The notes: generated by a model not told the origin, from the letters alone. DNA of 62,087 bases from Candidatus Nanoarchaeia archaeon (GCA_035289105.1 DATDYF010000040.1:1-62087), one strand, 5' to 3'; positions 1 through 8,935 are shown, counted from the first letter of the stretch. Numbers and translations are program-made.

Positions 1-419
1 ACCTTAAAGACGTGATGCAGATGGAAGAGGTTGACACGACAAGAACAACAACAAATGACGTGTTTGAGATTGAAGGGGTGCTGGGAATAGAAGCTGCAAG
101 AAGAGCCATAATAGATGAAGTGTTCAAGGTTATTGAAAGCCAGGGCCTCAATGTTGACGTGCGACACATAATGCTTGTTGCTGACACAATGTGCACCTCC
201 GGATCAGTCAAAGGCATTACAAGATACGGTATAGTAAGCCAAAAATCAAGCGTTATGGCCAGGGCTTCGTTTGAAACCCCCATTAAGCATATCATTAATG
301 CGTCCTTGATAGGGGAGACAGATAACCTAAACTCTGTGGTCGAGAATGTAATGATAAACCAGCCTGTGCCTATCGGGACGGGACTTCCAAAATTGAGGGT
401 GAAGGGCCATGAAAGTTGA
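1..419 (+). CDS. rpoA2: DNA-directed RNA polymerase subunit A'' (C-terminal part, 5' end outside window)
   Basis: Frame is open to the window edge. Conserved C-terminal block VFEIEGVLGIEAARRAII...RHIMLVADTMC...GITRYG. Followed by L30e-NusA-S12-S7 as in archaeal rpo/str operons. Confidence 0.85.
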   Translation, partial: LKDVMQMEEVDTTRTTTNDVFEIEGVLGIEAARRAIIDEVFKVIESQGLNVDVRHIMLVADTMCTSGSVKGITRYGIVSQKSSVMARASFETPIKHIINASLIGETDNLNSVVENVMINQPVPIGTGLPKLRVKGHES

Positions 420-678
420 TGCAGCAGAGATAAAAAAGATAATTCAGGAAAGAAAAACAGTCATTGGCAGAGAGCAGGTTTTGAGGCAATTAAAAAAAGG
501 CAAGCTTGAGAGCATTTACCTTACCTCAAACATCGACGAGAACACCAGGAAGATGATCGAAAAGTTCTGCTCGATTTCGGGTATAGGGGCAAATACCATT
601 CCTTTTAATAACCAAGAACTTGGCACACTGTGCAAGAAACCTTTTCCTGTTTCTATTCTTGGGGTAGTTAAAAGCTAG
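409..678 (+). CDS. rpl30e: 50S ribosomal protein L30e
   Basis: 89 aa L7Ae/L30e-like sequence (KTVIGREQVLRQLKKGKLESIYLTSN...). Canonical position between rpoA2 and nusA. 11-nt overlap with rpoA2. Confidence 0.85.
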   Translation: MKVDAAEIKKIIQERKTVIGREQVLRQLKKGKLESIYLTSNIDENTRKMIEKFCSISGIGANTIPFNNQELGTLCKKPFPVSILGVVKS

Positions 679-682
679 ACAA

Positions 683-1099
683 ATGGGCAGGATAAGATTT
701 GACATTAACACGATGAAGTTTGTCTCGCTATTCGAGTCCCTAACCGGAGCGAGGGTGAAGGATTGCATAGAGCTGGAGAACGGTCTTCTTTTTGTTGTTG
801 AAGCAGGGGAAATGGGCAAGGCAATAGGAAGAAACGGCGTCAACATTAAAAGAGTTGAGGAAAAATTAAAAAAAGATGTAAGGGTTGTTGAGTACAGCAA
901 CGATATTGCAGAGTTTGTAAAGGGGCTGCTCTTCCCCACTATTCCCGAGGAAGTAAAAATGGAAGACAATGTAATTACAATTGTTGGAAAGGATGAAAGG
1001 ACAAGAGGAATCATCATAGGAAGAAACAGAAGCAGGCTTAGCCAAATCAAGGATATCGTTGAAAGGTATTTTGCCGTACGCGATATTAAAGTGGCATAG
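683..1099 (+). CDS. nusA: archaeal NusA-like transcription factor (two KH domains)
   Basis: 138 aa with GKAIGRNGVNIKRVE and IIIGRNRSRLSQIKDI KH GxxG motifs; operon context. Confidence 0.85.
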   Translation: MGRIRFDINTMKFVSLFESLTGARVKDCIELENGLLFVVEAGEMGKAIGRNGVNIKRVEEKLKKDVRVVEYSNDIAEFVKGLLFPTIPEEVKMEDNVITIVGKDERTRGIIIGRNRSRLSQIKDIVERYFAVRDIKVA

Positions 1100-1137
1100 C
1101 AAAAGATTTAAAAACGGGTGCAAAGTTCTGAGACGAA

Positions 1138-1575
1138 ATGGGAAAAAAATCTCGCGGATTGGGAGCCGGAAAGAAGCTCAAGAAAAGGCGATCCAGAGCC
1201 AGGTGGAGCAATAAATGGTATACTAAGAGGGTTTTAAGGCTAAAAGAGAGGTCTGACCCTCTGGGGGGAATTTCACAGGGAACTGGGATTGTGCTTGAAA
1301 AAATCCAGCTTGAAGCAAAACAGCCAAATTCTGCGATGAGGAAATGCGTCCGTGTCCAGCTTACAAAAAATGGCAAACAGGTAACTGCTTTCCTGCCTGG
1401 CGACGGCGCAACAAAGCTTGTCAATGAGCATGACGAGGTTATGATTGAAAGCATTGGCGGCAAAATGGGCAGGTCAAAAGGCGACATCCCCGGAGTCAGA
1501 TGGCAGGTGATTAAGGTCAATGGACAGTCCCTTGATGCGTTGCTTTCAGGAAAACTGGAGAAGGCAAGAAAATGA
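1138..1575 (+). CDS. rps12: 30S ribosomal protein S12 (uS12)
   Basis: [30 protein letters not shown] motif; 145 aa. Confidence 0.95.
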   Translation: MGKKSRGLGAGKKLKKRRSRARWSNKWYTKRVLRLKERSDPLGGISQGTGIVLEKIQLEAKQPNSAMRKCVRVQLTKNGKQVTAFLPGDGATKLVNEHDEVMIESIGGKMGRSKGDIPGVRWQVIKVNGQSLDALLSGKLEKARK

Positions 1576-2165
1576 TCAAGGCATTCAACAGGTGGTCTAC
1601 TGAAGGGATTCAGGTGCAGGACTTAGGCCTGCAAAGATACGTCTCCCTCGACCCAAGGATAGTCCCAAAAACCGGCGGCAGATACGCTAAAAATAGGTTC
1701 CACAAAAGCAGGGTGTTCGTTGTTGAAAGGCTCATAAACAAGGTGATGATTCCCGGCCACAAGTCAAAGAAGCACTTCAAAACAAGCTACCATTTAACCG
1801 GAAAGGCCCTTACAAGCTACCAGATTGTCGAAGACACGTTTAAGCTTATCGAGTCCCAGCTTAAGGAAAATCCGGTTAAAGTTTTTGTAAAGGCGCTTGA
1901 GAACGCTGCACCAAGAGAGGAGATTATCACAATCGAGTATGGCGGAGCAAGATACCCCAAAGCGGTTGAATGTTCACCGCAGAGAAGGATTGATATTGCA
2001 CTTAGGCTGATGACCCAGGGAGCCTACCAAAAATCATTTAACTCAAAAAAGGGAGTTATCAAGTCGCTGGCTGATGAGATTATTTCCGCATTCAACCTAA
2101 GCTTGGCTTCCCATGCCATCTCAAAGAAAAACGAGGTAGAGCGACAGGCAGATGCTTCTAGGTAA
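1572..2165 (+). CDS. rps7: 30S ribosomal protein S7 (uS7)
   Basis: 197 aa; 4-nt ATGA overlap with rps12; [36 protein letters not shown] block. Confidence 0.95.
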   Translation: MIKAFNRWSTEGIQVQDLGLQRYVSLDPRIVPKTGGRYAKNRFHKSRVFVVERLINKVMIPGHKSKKHFKTSYHLTGKALTSYQIVEDTFKLIESQLKENPVKVFVKALENAAPREEIITIEYGGARYPKAVECSPQRRIDIALRLMTQGAYQKSFNSKKGVIKSLADEIISAFNLSLASHAISKKNEVERQADASR

Positions 2166-2173
2166 AATTCTAT

Positions 2174-2821
2174 ATGAAAAAGATTTTTATTGAGGGTTTT
2201 TTGGATGGCAATATCGATATCGACAGCTCGAAGCTGAAAGGCTTGCCAAAAAGGCTTGGTCTTCTGTTTCCTGTTCAGTACGCTCACATAGCACCAAATC
2301 TTATTGAGATGCTTGAAAAAGAAGGCATTAAGGTGGAGACTGGAGGGGACCAAAAATACAGCTCCCAAATTCTTGGCTGTGACATTTCAGCTGCCAAGGA
2401 GGTCGCCGAGAGGGTGGAGGGCTTCCTGTATTTCGGAGATGGCCATTTTCATCCAGTCGCAATTGCCGTTCAAACGGACAAGCCAGTTTATTGCCTAGAC
2501 CCCGGAACCGGAGAATTCTATGATGTAAGGGCGGAGGCAGAAAAAATCAAAAAGAAGAACAAGGCAAAGTATATCAAATTCCTCAGTGCTGAAAACATAG
2601 GGATTCTTGTCTCAACGAAGCCAGGGCAATTCAATATGAAGGCTGCAGAAGAGCTTCAAAAAAAATATCCTGAAAAAAAATTCTACACTTTCCTCTTTGA
2701 CACCATTCAGCCAAGTTATCTCGAGAATTTTCCTTTTGTTGACGCATTTGTCACGACCGCATGCCCGCGAATTCAGGAGGATTTCCCAAATGTTGTTGAT
2801 TTTAAGGCACTAGATATATAA
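2174..2821 (+). CDS. dph2: Dph2-like 2-(3-amino-3-carboxypropyl)histidine synthase, N-terminally truncated (domains 2-3 only)
   Basis: 215 aa. ILGCD, GDGHFHP and TTACPRI motifs align with the C-terminal two thirds of archaeal Dph2 (about 340 aa). The first domain and its Cys ligand are absent. Confidence 0.7.
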   Translation: MKKIFIEGFLDGNIDIDSSKLKGLPKRLGLLFPVQYAHIAPNLIEMLEKEGIKVETGGDQKYSSQILGCDISAAKEVAERVEGFLYFGDGHFHPVAIAVQTDKPVYCLDPGTGEFYDVRAEAEKIKKKNKAKYIKFLSAENIGILVSTKPGQFNMKAAEELQKKYPEKKFYTFLFDTIQPSYLENFPFVDAFVTTACPRIQEDFPNVVDFKALDI

Positions 2822-3745
2822 CCCGACCCTATCCTGAACCATTGATGAGCCTATGCCCTTCCCAATAAGAAAAGAGTTTTTGCCTAGAAGCCCCGTGAAT
2901 AGCTCAGCAAATGATGGTTCTTTTTTGTATTCTATAATATTTACAGACGCGTTGAATTTATTCTCGAGGTAAGCAACGGCTTCCTCTTTTCCGCCAAGCT
3001 CGTCAACAAGGCCAAGCTCTTTTGCTTTGGCGCCAATGAAGAAAAGGCCGGTTGAAATCTCGGCAGTTTGGGCCTGGGTAAGGCGCCTTTTTTCTGCTAC
3101 ATCCGACAGGAATATTGAATGCACTTCATCAAGCTGCTGCTGGAGGATAGCCTCTTCGGGATTGGTCAGCTCCCTGAACGGGTCTCCAATATCCTTGTAC
3201 TTGCCTGCCACCAACCGCCTGTACGTTACATTGTAATCCCTCAATAAGCCTGCAAACTCCAAATACGAACTTATTACACCAACCGAGCCGGTAATTGACA
3301 GCCTGTTTGCAATTATATAATCTGTGGAAGCCGCAACCCAATAAGCACCAGATGCCCCGACTTCCCTGATGAACGAAATCTTAGGTTTTTTTACCTTGCT
3401 GATTGAGCTTACAATTTCATCTGAAGCAACCGCTGAGCCCCCGGGGCTGTTAATCTCCAGAATTATAGCGTCAATGCCGGAATCTTCCGATGCTTCCTCA
3501 ATGAATCCCATGATTTCTGAAGAAGAGGCTACAGGCTCAAAAAAGGATTCCTTCCCGGTTAGGATGGGACCTTCAATCTTAATCAGCGCAACATTTGATT
3601 TTCCAAGCAGGCCGGGATTTGGGGAGTCAAAGAGGGACACCAGCATTCCTATAAATGCTGCACCAATGATGATTACAACTGCAACGATTGCCAAAAGAAT
3701 TCCCCACCGTGTTTTTGGGTATTCGTCCTGCCTCTTTTTTTCCAT
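2810..3745 (-). CDS. sppA: signal peptide peptidase SppA (36K type, S49)
   Basis: N-terminal TM helix; LEINSPGGSAVASDEI serine motif; GASGAYWVA. Confidence 0.85.
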   Translation of the reverse strand: MEKKRQDEYPKTRWGILLAIVAVVIIIGAAFIGMLVSLFDSPNPGLLGKSNVALIKIEGPILTGKESFFEPVASSSEIMGFIEEASEDSGIDAIILEINSPGGSAVASDEIVSSISKVKKPKISFIREVGASGAYWVAASTDYIIANRLSITGSVGVISSYLEFAGLLRDYNVTYRRLVAGKYKDIGDPFRELTNPEEAILQQQLDEVHSIFLSDVAEKRRLTQAQTAEISTGLFFIGAKAKELGLVDELGGKEEAVAYLENKFNASVNIIEYKKEPSFAELFTGLLGKNSFLIGKGIGSSMVQDRVGLYI

Positions 3746-3844
3746 TTTGTTGTTTTCCCTTGATTGGTTTAAATAATTTATGCTTTAATCTGGGCATTTC
3801 AGTTAAACTAAAACCTTATAAATGACAGTAACTTTTGTGGGGGC

Positions 3845-4189
3845 ATGAGCAAGAAGAAAGAAGAGCAGGAAAGGCAGGAAGAATACGAGCAGCAGATAAG
3901 CAGAATTAAAACTCCACATGGTAACCAGAGCTTCGGGATTCTTGAGCAGCGGTTGGGCGGCTCCAGAACGAGGGTAAGATGCCTCGACGGGAAAACAAGG
4001 ATTTGCAGGATTCCGGGTCGGCTAAAAAGGACATTATGGGTGAGGGAAGGCGACCTTGTGATTGTTGAGCCATGGGAGTTTCTTGGGGATGAGAAGGGCG
4101 ACATAGTGTATAAATATTCAAAAGCGCAGGTTTCTTTCCTTAAGGCAAAAGGCTACCTTTCAAAGCTTGAAGATTTTGAAGAGTTCTGA
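3845..4189 (+). CDS. eif1a: translation initiation factor aIF-1A
   Basis: S1-like OB fold sequence [39 protein letters not shown]. Confidence 0.9.
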   Translation: MSKKKEEQERQEEYEQQISRIKTPHGNQSFGILEQRLGGSRTRVRCLDGKTRICRIPGRLKRTLWVREGDLVIVEPWEFLGDEKGDIVYKYSKAQVSFLKAKGYLSKLEDFEEF

Positions 4190-4267
4190 TAGACATCATT
4201 CAAGGACTACACTTATCATTACTCGAGCACAGAAATACTTAAATACGCTCATTTGTTTGTTTTTTCC

Positions 4268-4690
4268 ATGGAGAAAACCAAAACGATATCGCTTATAATC
4301 GTTGACGTTCTGCTTTTGTTTGCCCTTGTCGGGCTTACAACGGAGGTTTTCAAGCTTAAGCGTTTTGCTTTTTACGGGGAGTTTTTTCTAACCCTGCTGT
4401 TTGTTGCGCTGGTTTTTATCGGGCTTGTTGCAGCTTTCAATTCAATGAGGTGGGGCTCGGTTTTGCTTTCTTTTTCCTCAATACTTATTATTGCGGATCT
4501 TCTGCTGGTTTACGCTTTAGCAAAAAGACCAGATATAATCCTTGTAATTTCCCTTTTAGCTGCGGCCCTGAGTTTGGTGCTGGCTGCATTGAGCATAGGA
4601 AAAAACGAGGATTACCTCACAAAGGCGGCTGATGGCCAGATTGAGGAGATAGAGCCGGTAGAGAAAAAGGGCAAAAAGAAGGGAAAATAG
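4268..4690 (+). CDS. hypothetical membrane protein (4 predicted TM helices, K-rich tail)
   Basis: ATG at 4268 preferred over TTG at 4253; TATA-like AATACTTAAATAC about 28 nt upstream; hydrophobic segments. Confidence 0.5.
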   Translation: MEKTKTISLIIVDVLLLFALVGLTTEVFKLKRFAFYGEFFLTLLFVALVFIGLVAAFNSMRWGSVLLSFSSILIIADLLLVYALAKRPDIILVISLLAAALSLVLAALSIGKNEDYLTKAADGQIEEIEPVEKKGKKKGK

Positions 4691-5131
4691 CTATTTTTCT
4701 TCCTTCCATAAAAGAAATATAAGGAAGAGTACGCCAATTGTTATTGCTGCATCTGCCAAGTTGAATATTGGCCAGATTTTGAAATCAAAAAAATCAACCA
4801 CTGAGCCGCGAAAGATTCTATCTGCAAGATTTCCTAAACCGCCTCCAAGAACCAATCCAATGGGAAGTATGTAAACAATCCTCTCGGGCACCTTATCGTA
4901 ATAGTACAGGATTAACCCCAGTATAAGGATTGTAATGAAAATAAAAGCGGTGTTTATGCCCTTGAAGAGCCCAAAAACTATGCCTTCATTGGAAGACACG
5001 TTCAATGAAAACCAAGTGAAAATTTCTAATTGATTTCCAATCCCGACAAAGCTTAATGTTAAATACTTGGAAATCTGGTCCAAAAGCAATACTATGGCGG
5101 CAAAAAGAAAAAGCGACTTCCTGTTCACCAT
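4691..5131 (-). CDS. lspA: lipoprotein signal peptidase (signal peptidase II, A8)
   Basis: LLLDQISK, SNEGIVFG, GGGLGNLADRI, VVDFFDF and FNLADAAITIG reproduce the conserved LspA boxes, including both catalytic Asp positions. Confidence 0.9.
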   Translation of the reverse strand: MVNRKSLFLFAAIVLLLDQISKYLTLSFVGIGNQLEIFTWFSLNVSSNEGIVFGLFKGINTAFIFITILILGLILYYYDKVPERIVYILPIGLVLGGGLGNLADRIFRGSVVDFFDFKIWPIFNLADAAITIGVLFLIFLLWKEEK

Positions 5132-5493
5132 CTTCTTTTGCTCTGCTCGGAACGCGCAATCGACTCTATATTTTCTATTCTTTGGTTAATTGCATCCAGG
5201 GTTGCCTTAAGAACGTCAAGCTTGCTGGAAAGAACCTCGATATTTTTCGCAACTACTTCAATGCTCACTGAAGGCTGCTGGTACATTTGCTGGCCGAAAG
5301 CTGGCTGCGGGAATGGCTGCTGAAAGGCTGGCTGCTGAGGATACTGGTAAGCAGGTTGGGGAGCCAGTTCTGGTGGCATTTGGGCTTCTTTTGCCTCATA
5401 GCCCCTTCCAAACTCAAGGCCAAGCTCAGGCTCTGGCCCTAATGCCAACTCCGGCTCTCTTTTCCAGAATTTCAGCTTGTCCAAGAATGCCAC
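5125..5493 (-). CDS. hypothetical P/Q-rich protein with C-terminal coiled coil
   Basis: 122 aa; overlaps the lspA start by 7 nt; low-complexity QPAFQQPFPQPAF stretch followed by a heptad-like tail. Confidence 0.5.
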   Translation of the reverse strand: MAFLDKLKFWKREPELALGPEPELGLEFGRGYEAKEAQMPPELAPQPAYQYPQQPAFQQPFPQPAFGQQMYQQPSVSIEVVAKNIEVLSSKLDVLKATLDAINQRIENIESIARSEQSKRRW

Positions 5494-5494
5494 A

Positions 5495-6163
5495 TCACAC
5501 CTCCTTTACAAACTCCGATGCCTTTTCTTCCATTTTCTCCTTAATCCTCGAGAGTTGGGATTTAACAAAAGATGAAGGCAACTCCTCAAGGAATTTTATT
5601 GCGGGAGATTTGGGATATGCAATTATGTTTCCGGAGTTTATTTCCATCAAAAAGGATAAGCCATCAAGCTCTGCATCCTTTAGCAATAGCAAAAAAACCT
5701 GGTGCCTTTGCGGCGAATTAGATTTTAATATTTCCTTGGATTCCTCGTTGCTTAATGTTTTTCCATTGAAACTTACACCTTTTGGAGCCAAGCTATCAAG
5801 CCCCTGTTCCGTCAGAATGAAAACCCTTTGATAGTTTGGATTAGGGGAGATAGATTCTGCAGTCAACTGCGAAAGGAAAGATTCTTCGAGAATGGCTATG
5901 TTATCTCCAGTTTTCTCAAAACCAGACACAAAATTATCTTCCATAGACAGGAGAAAAAGGGTTTTTGAACTTTCTATATCACTGGTTAAATCCTGAAAAT
6001 CGTTATATACCCTTACGCCTGTCACAAGCAAAATAACTATAGTTGCAATTACCAGAAATGTGAAAAGCAAAAGCAATGCTTTTACAAGGCTCCGAATAAA
6101 TGAGAAAATAATAATAACTCCAATGATTACCACTATCATCCAGATGGTTATTGGAAAGTACAT
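5495..6163 (-). CDS. hypothetical membrane-anchored protein
   Basis: 222 aa; two N-terminal TM helices; 1-nt spacing to the downstream gene (operon with lspA). Confidence 0.5.
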   Translation of the reverse strand: MYFPITIWMIVVIIGVIIIFSFIRSLVKALLLLFTFLVIATIVILLVTGVRVYNDFQDLTSDIESSKTLFLLSMEDNFVSGFEKTGDNIAILEESFLSQLTAESISPNPNYQRVFILTEQGLDSLAPKGVSFNGKTLSNEESKEILKSNSPQRHQVFLLLLKDAELDGLSFLMEINSGNIIAYPKSPAIKFLEELPSSFVKSQLSRIKEKMEEKASEFVKEV

Positions 6164-6292
6164 AGTGGAAATCTTGGCTGGGAGTTATTTAAAGGTATGT
6201 TTTTTACTAGCGGCGCAGATAAGCTACCTAAGAGTAACAAATAAACAATCTTTATAAATGACAGCTAATTAGCGTTTATCCGGGGGATAACC

Positions 6293-6730
6293 TTGTCTGA
6301 CATTTCCGATGATGTATTAAGGGAGGGGATGCGTGCCGCAGGTAGGATTCTTGGCGCGACCTCAAGACCTTTCAATATAACCCCCCTCGATCTTGTCAAG
6401 CCTTACTACTCACTTTATGAAGGTGCAAATAACTATAAGGCAACGCCAGAGCCAGAAAAACGTCATCACAAGGAGATTCTTCTAGAGGCATTGGCTATGG
6501 TTGAATTCCAAGCAAGCTGGGTTGTTCTGAGGGATTTTTTTGGAGATGGGAAGATCGATGATATGGGCAATCCCGAAAGAATATCCCACTTTTTTGATAA
6601 GCTTTATTCAAACAGCAATAACTATCCATTTTTTAACGCAAGAGAAATGGCGATAATTGCTCTTTCGGACGTTGATGTGATAAAATGTGAAGAATATGGT
6701 ATGGCTAACAAGGTTACCTTGCCAAACTAG
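6293..6730 (+). CDS. hypothetical protein
   Basis: 145-aa ORF with TTG start; TATA-like CTTTATAAATG at 6250-6260; no recognisable motif. Confidence 0.4.
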   Translation: MSDISDDVLREGMRAAGRILGATSRPFNITPLDLVKPYYSLYEGANNYKATPEPEKRHHKEILLEALAMVEFQASWVVLRDFFGDGKIDDMGNPERISHFFDKLYSNSNNYPFFNAREMAIIALSDVDVIKCEEYGMANKVTLPN

Positions 6731-7049
6731 CTCCTGTTTCTATTTTGTCAATGAAATCATCCATAAATTTAGTTATCATCTTGTTTTCTTCCTTTAATCT
6801 TCCAAATTCCTTTTTTCGCTCTTTCAGACCTGCTAGCTTTATGATTTCTTCATTATTGATTATTCGTCTTTCTCCAAGGTTTTTAAGAAGGGCTTCGACC
6901 CTTTTTTTTAAGATCAACTTATTCTTACGAACCAAAGACGAATCAAGCTGCTTCAGTCTGAAATCATAATTAATAGCGGCACATGCCGGCCCTAATTCCA
7001 AAAGCTCCCTGTGAAGTTCATCAAACGACGGCGGACCAAAAATTGCCAT
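6714..7049 (-). CDS. hypothetical protein (helical, K/E-rich)
   Basis: 111-aa ORF, convergent with the previous gene; no recognisable motif. Confidence 0.4.
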   Translation of the reverse strand: MAIFGPPSFDELHRELLELGPACAAINYDFRLKQLDSSLVRKNKLILKKRVEALLKNLGERRIINNEEIIKLAGLKERKKEFGRLKEENKMITKFMDDFIDKIETGASLAR

Positions 7050-7102
7050 TCTAGATCGCTGAAGATGCTGGTATAAAAACCTTTTGATGGCAAAGGCACA
7101 AT

Positions 7103-7789
7103 TTATCTGAGATTTCCATATTTACATATACTCTTCAAAGGACAATAATTACACATCGGCTTGCTTTTGCAGATATTCTTTCCCAATTCAACAAGCAGCG
7201 CATGATATTCATTGAAGATTTTGTGGTCAGCAGGCAGGTTCTCCATGAAGAGTTTTTGAATATCCCCGTAGGAGTTTTCCTTGAACCCTATCCTCCCCAT
7301 TATTCTCCTTGTGTATGCGTCGACCACAAAGATTGGGACTTTATAGCCATAAAGAAGCATCGAGTCCGCAGTTTCCGGACCAATGCCCCATAGGTTAAGG
7401 AGCGATTCCCTCGTGATAATGCCTTTATTGTTCAGATAGAAATCCACAAATGCCTTTAATTTTTTTGCCTTTTGGTTGTGATAGCCTGAAGAATGAATTA
7501 TTTGAGCAAGCTTAGAAGCTGGCAATCTCTTTATTCCGCTTGGCGACATTGCATTATGCCGCCTTAAGGAAAGCAATGCTGTTTCCACATTCTTCCAGCT
7601 TGTGTTTTGGGTCAGGATGGCTCCAACGCAGATTTCAAAAAGTTCATTATCGTTTTTAGGAAAAGAATAATCTTTTGGATGGTAATTGGAGTTGTGCTCT
7701 CCTTCTGCCCGAATAGGCCACCAGCCCTGATAGCCAAAGCGGTTTAGCAGAAGTTGGTAGATTAAAGGCAATTTGTTCTTATCGCTCAT
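7103..7789 (-). CDS. endonuclease III-related HhH-GPD base-excision repair protein
   Basis: ILTQNTSW, helix-hairpin-helix LWGIGPETAD, and C-terminal Fe-S motif CKSKPMCNYCPLKSIC. Confidence 0.8.
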   Translation of the reverse strand: MSDKNKLPLIYQLLLNRFGYQGWWPIRAEGEHNSNYHPKDYSFPKNDNELFEICVGAILTQNTSWKNVETALLSLRRHNAMSPSGIKRLPASKLAQIIHSSGYHNQKAKKLKAFVDFYLNNKGIITRESLLNLWGIGPETADSMLLYGYKVPIFVVDAYTRRIMGRIGFKENSYGDIQKLFMENLPADHKIFNEYHALLVELGKNICKSKPMCNYCPLKSICKYGNLR

Positions 7790-7794
7790 GAAAA

Positions 7795-8193
7795 TTAAGA
7801 AATAAGTATTGCATTGACAATGCCATCCTGCCCGGGTCTTGAGGTAATTCTTGCCTTTCCCTTATCGGTGTCGATAATCGCTCCCTTCGTCATTATATTG
7901 CGCCTGACAAGGTTTCTGTCTGCAGGGTTGTCCAAAACTGTTTTGATGGTTGCCTTCTCATACTTCTTGGTCTTTTGGTTGAGTACGTTGGCTATGTTAT
8001 GCGAAAACAGCCTTCTTTTTGCATCGCCTCCCCTTACACGCACAACGCTAAGCCTTTTTTCTCCGACCCTTGTAAATGCCGGATCGCTTCCTAACTCATC
8101 CAGCCTTTTCTTCCTGTAAGGGACATATTTCTTTCCGGTTTCCTTGGCATATGCCCTTCTTTGTGACTTTGCCATTATGCTTGGTTTCCCCAT
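7795..8193 (-). CDS. rps8e: 30S ribosomal protein S8e
   Basis: KRLSVVRVRGGDAKRRL...ARITSRPGQDG typical of S8e; 132 aa. Confidence 0.9.
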   Translation of the reverse strand: MGKPSIMAKSQRRAYAKETGKKYVPYRKKRLDELGSDPAFTRVGEKRLSVVRVRGGDAKRRLFSHNIANVLNQKTKKYEKATIKTVLDNPADRNLVRRNIMTKGAIIDTDKGKARITSRPGQDGIVNAILIS

Positions 8194-8300
8194 TTCATTT
8201 AAATAGGTTTCGAATTTATCGGCAACATAGGCATTCCAAACCTTTAAATACTACATTAAAACTCAAAGCGTATTGCCTTTTATTTTTTGGAGGGGGTAAC

Positions 8301-8531
8301 ATGACAGAAGTATCTAGGCCGTTAGACACGCTTAACAGGGCACGCGACAAGAGGGTTATTGTTGAGTTAAAGAGCCAAAAACAGCTTATTGGCACGCTTA
8401 AGTCGTTTGATATCCACATCAATGTCGTTCTGGATAATGCAGATGAGATGGCAGAAGGCGAAGTTAAGAGAAAACTTGGCACTGTGTTTTTAAGAGGCGA
8501 CACGATAATATTAATATCACCTGAGAAATAG
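8301..8531 (+). CDS. Sm-like (LSm) archaeal protein
   Basis: ATG at 8301 preceded by GGAGGGGG; PLDTLNRARDKRVIVELKSQKQLIGTLKSFDIHINVVLDNA (Sm1) and VFLRGDTIILI (Sm2). The track ORF start at 8076 is an upstream extension. Confidence 0.85.
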   Translation: MTEVSRPLDTLNRARDKRVIVELKSQKQLIGTLKSFDIHINVVLDNADEMAEGEVKRKLGTVFLRGDTIILISPEK

Positions 8532-8539
8532 GCGGGAAG

Positions 8540-8701
8540 ATGAAAGGAACTCCTTCTCATGGCAGGAAATCTGGAAAAAAGAACATGATACATTGCCGCA
8601 GATGCGGCAAAAGGACGTATCATATCAGAAAAAAGAAGTGCAGCTCCTGCGGCTATGGGAAGTCTTCTAGGCTAAGGACTTACAAGTGGGCGAAAAAGTA
8701 G
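8540..8701 (+). CDS. rpl37e: 50S ribosomal protein L37e (below ORF-track length cutoff)
   Basis: My translation: MKGTPSHGRKSGKKNMIHCRRCGKRTYHIRKKKCSSCGYGKSSRLRTYKWAKK*. C4 zinc ribbon. Conserved archaeal Sm-L37e gene pair. Confidence 0.85.
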   Translation: MKGTPSHGRKSGKKNMIHCRRCGKRTYHIRKKKCSSCGYGKSSRLRTYKWAKK

Positions 8702-8751
8702 CTAATGCTCCGATATATTTTTATAATAACCTAAAATAATGCCCATCTTAC

Positions 8752-8891
8752 GCGGAGTTGCCGGAGTGGCCAATTAAAATCCCAAGGATTTTAGACCAAA
8801 CGGGACAGGCTTAGGTGTGCTGAGCGAAAGCGATGATATTAGGACACCTGTTGGCTTAGTGCCTACGCAGGTTCGAACCCTGCACTCCGCA
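8752..8891 (+). tRNA. tRNA-Leu(UAG), class II, two introns (D-loop about 26 nt and canonical 37/38 about 29 nt)
   Basis: Acceptor GCGGAGU/ACUCCGC+A. T-arm GCAGG-UUCGAAC-CCUGC. Anticodon stem ACAGG/CCUGU with loop CUUAGG|intron|A. Long variable arm. T-tract follows. Confidence 0.8.
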
Positions 8892-8935
8892 TTTTTTTAG
8901 AAAATTTTATATATGCTCTGAAGAAAAGATGAATA

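Noticed and set aside
526-1520. Long antisense ORFs opposite nusA/rps12 (526-1050, 866-1123, 1086-1520). There are many similar ones elsewhere, e.g. 12064-12579, 13276-13836, 15256-15855, 24989-25564, 35152-35848, 36317-36796, 43999-44640, 47415-47762, 48357-48758, 52872-53327, 54718-55143, 60068-60872 and 61079-61552.
   Set aside because: Each lies fully inside a strongly supported gene on the other strand. Their composition is low-complexity (S/L/P/F-rich), typical of shadow frames, with no motifs.
8076-8300. 75-codon N-terminal extension of the Sm protein ORF.
   Set aside because: It overlaps the rps8e start and promoter region. The ATG at 8301 has a GGAGG site and yields a canonical 76-aa Sm protein.
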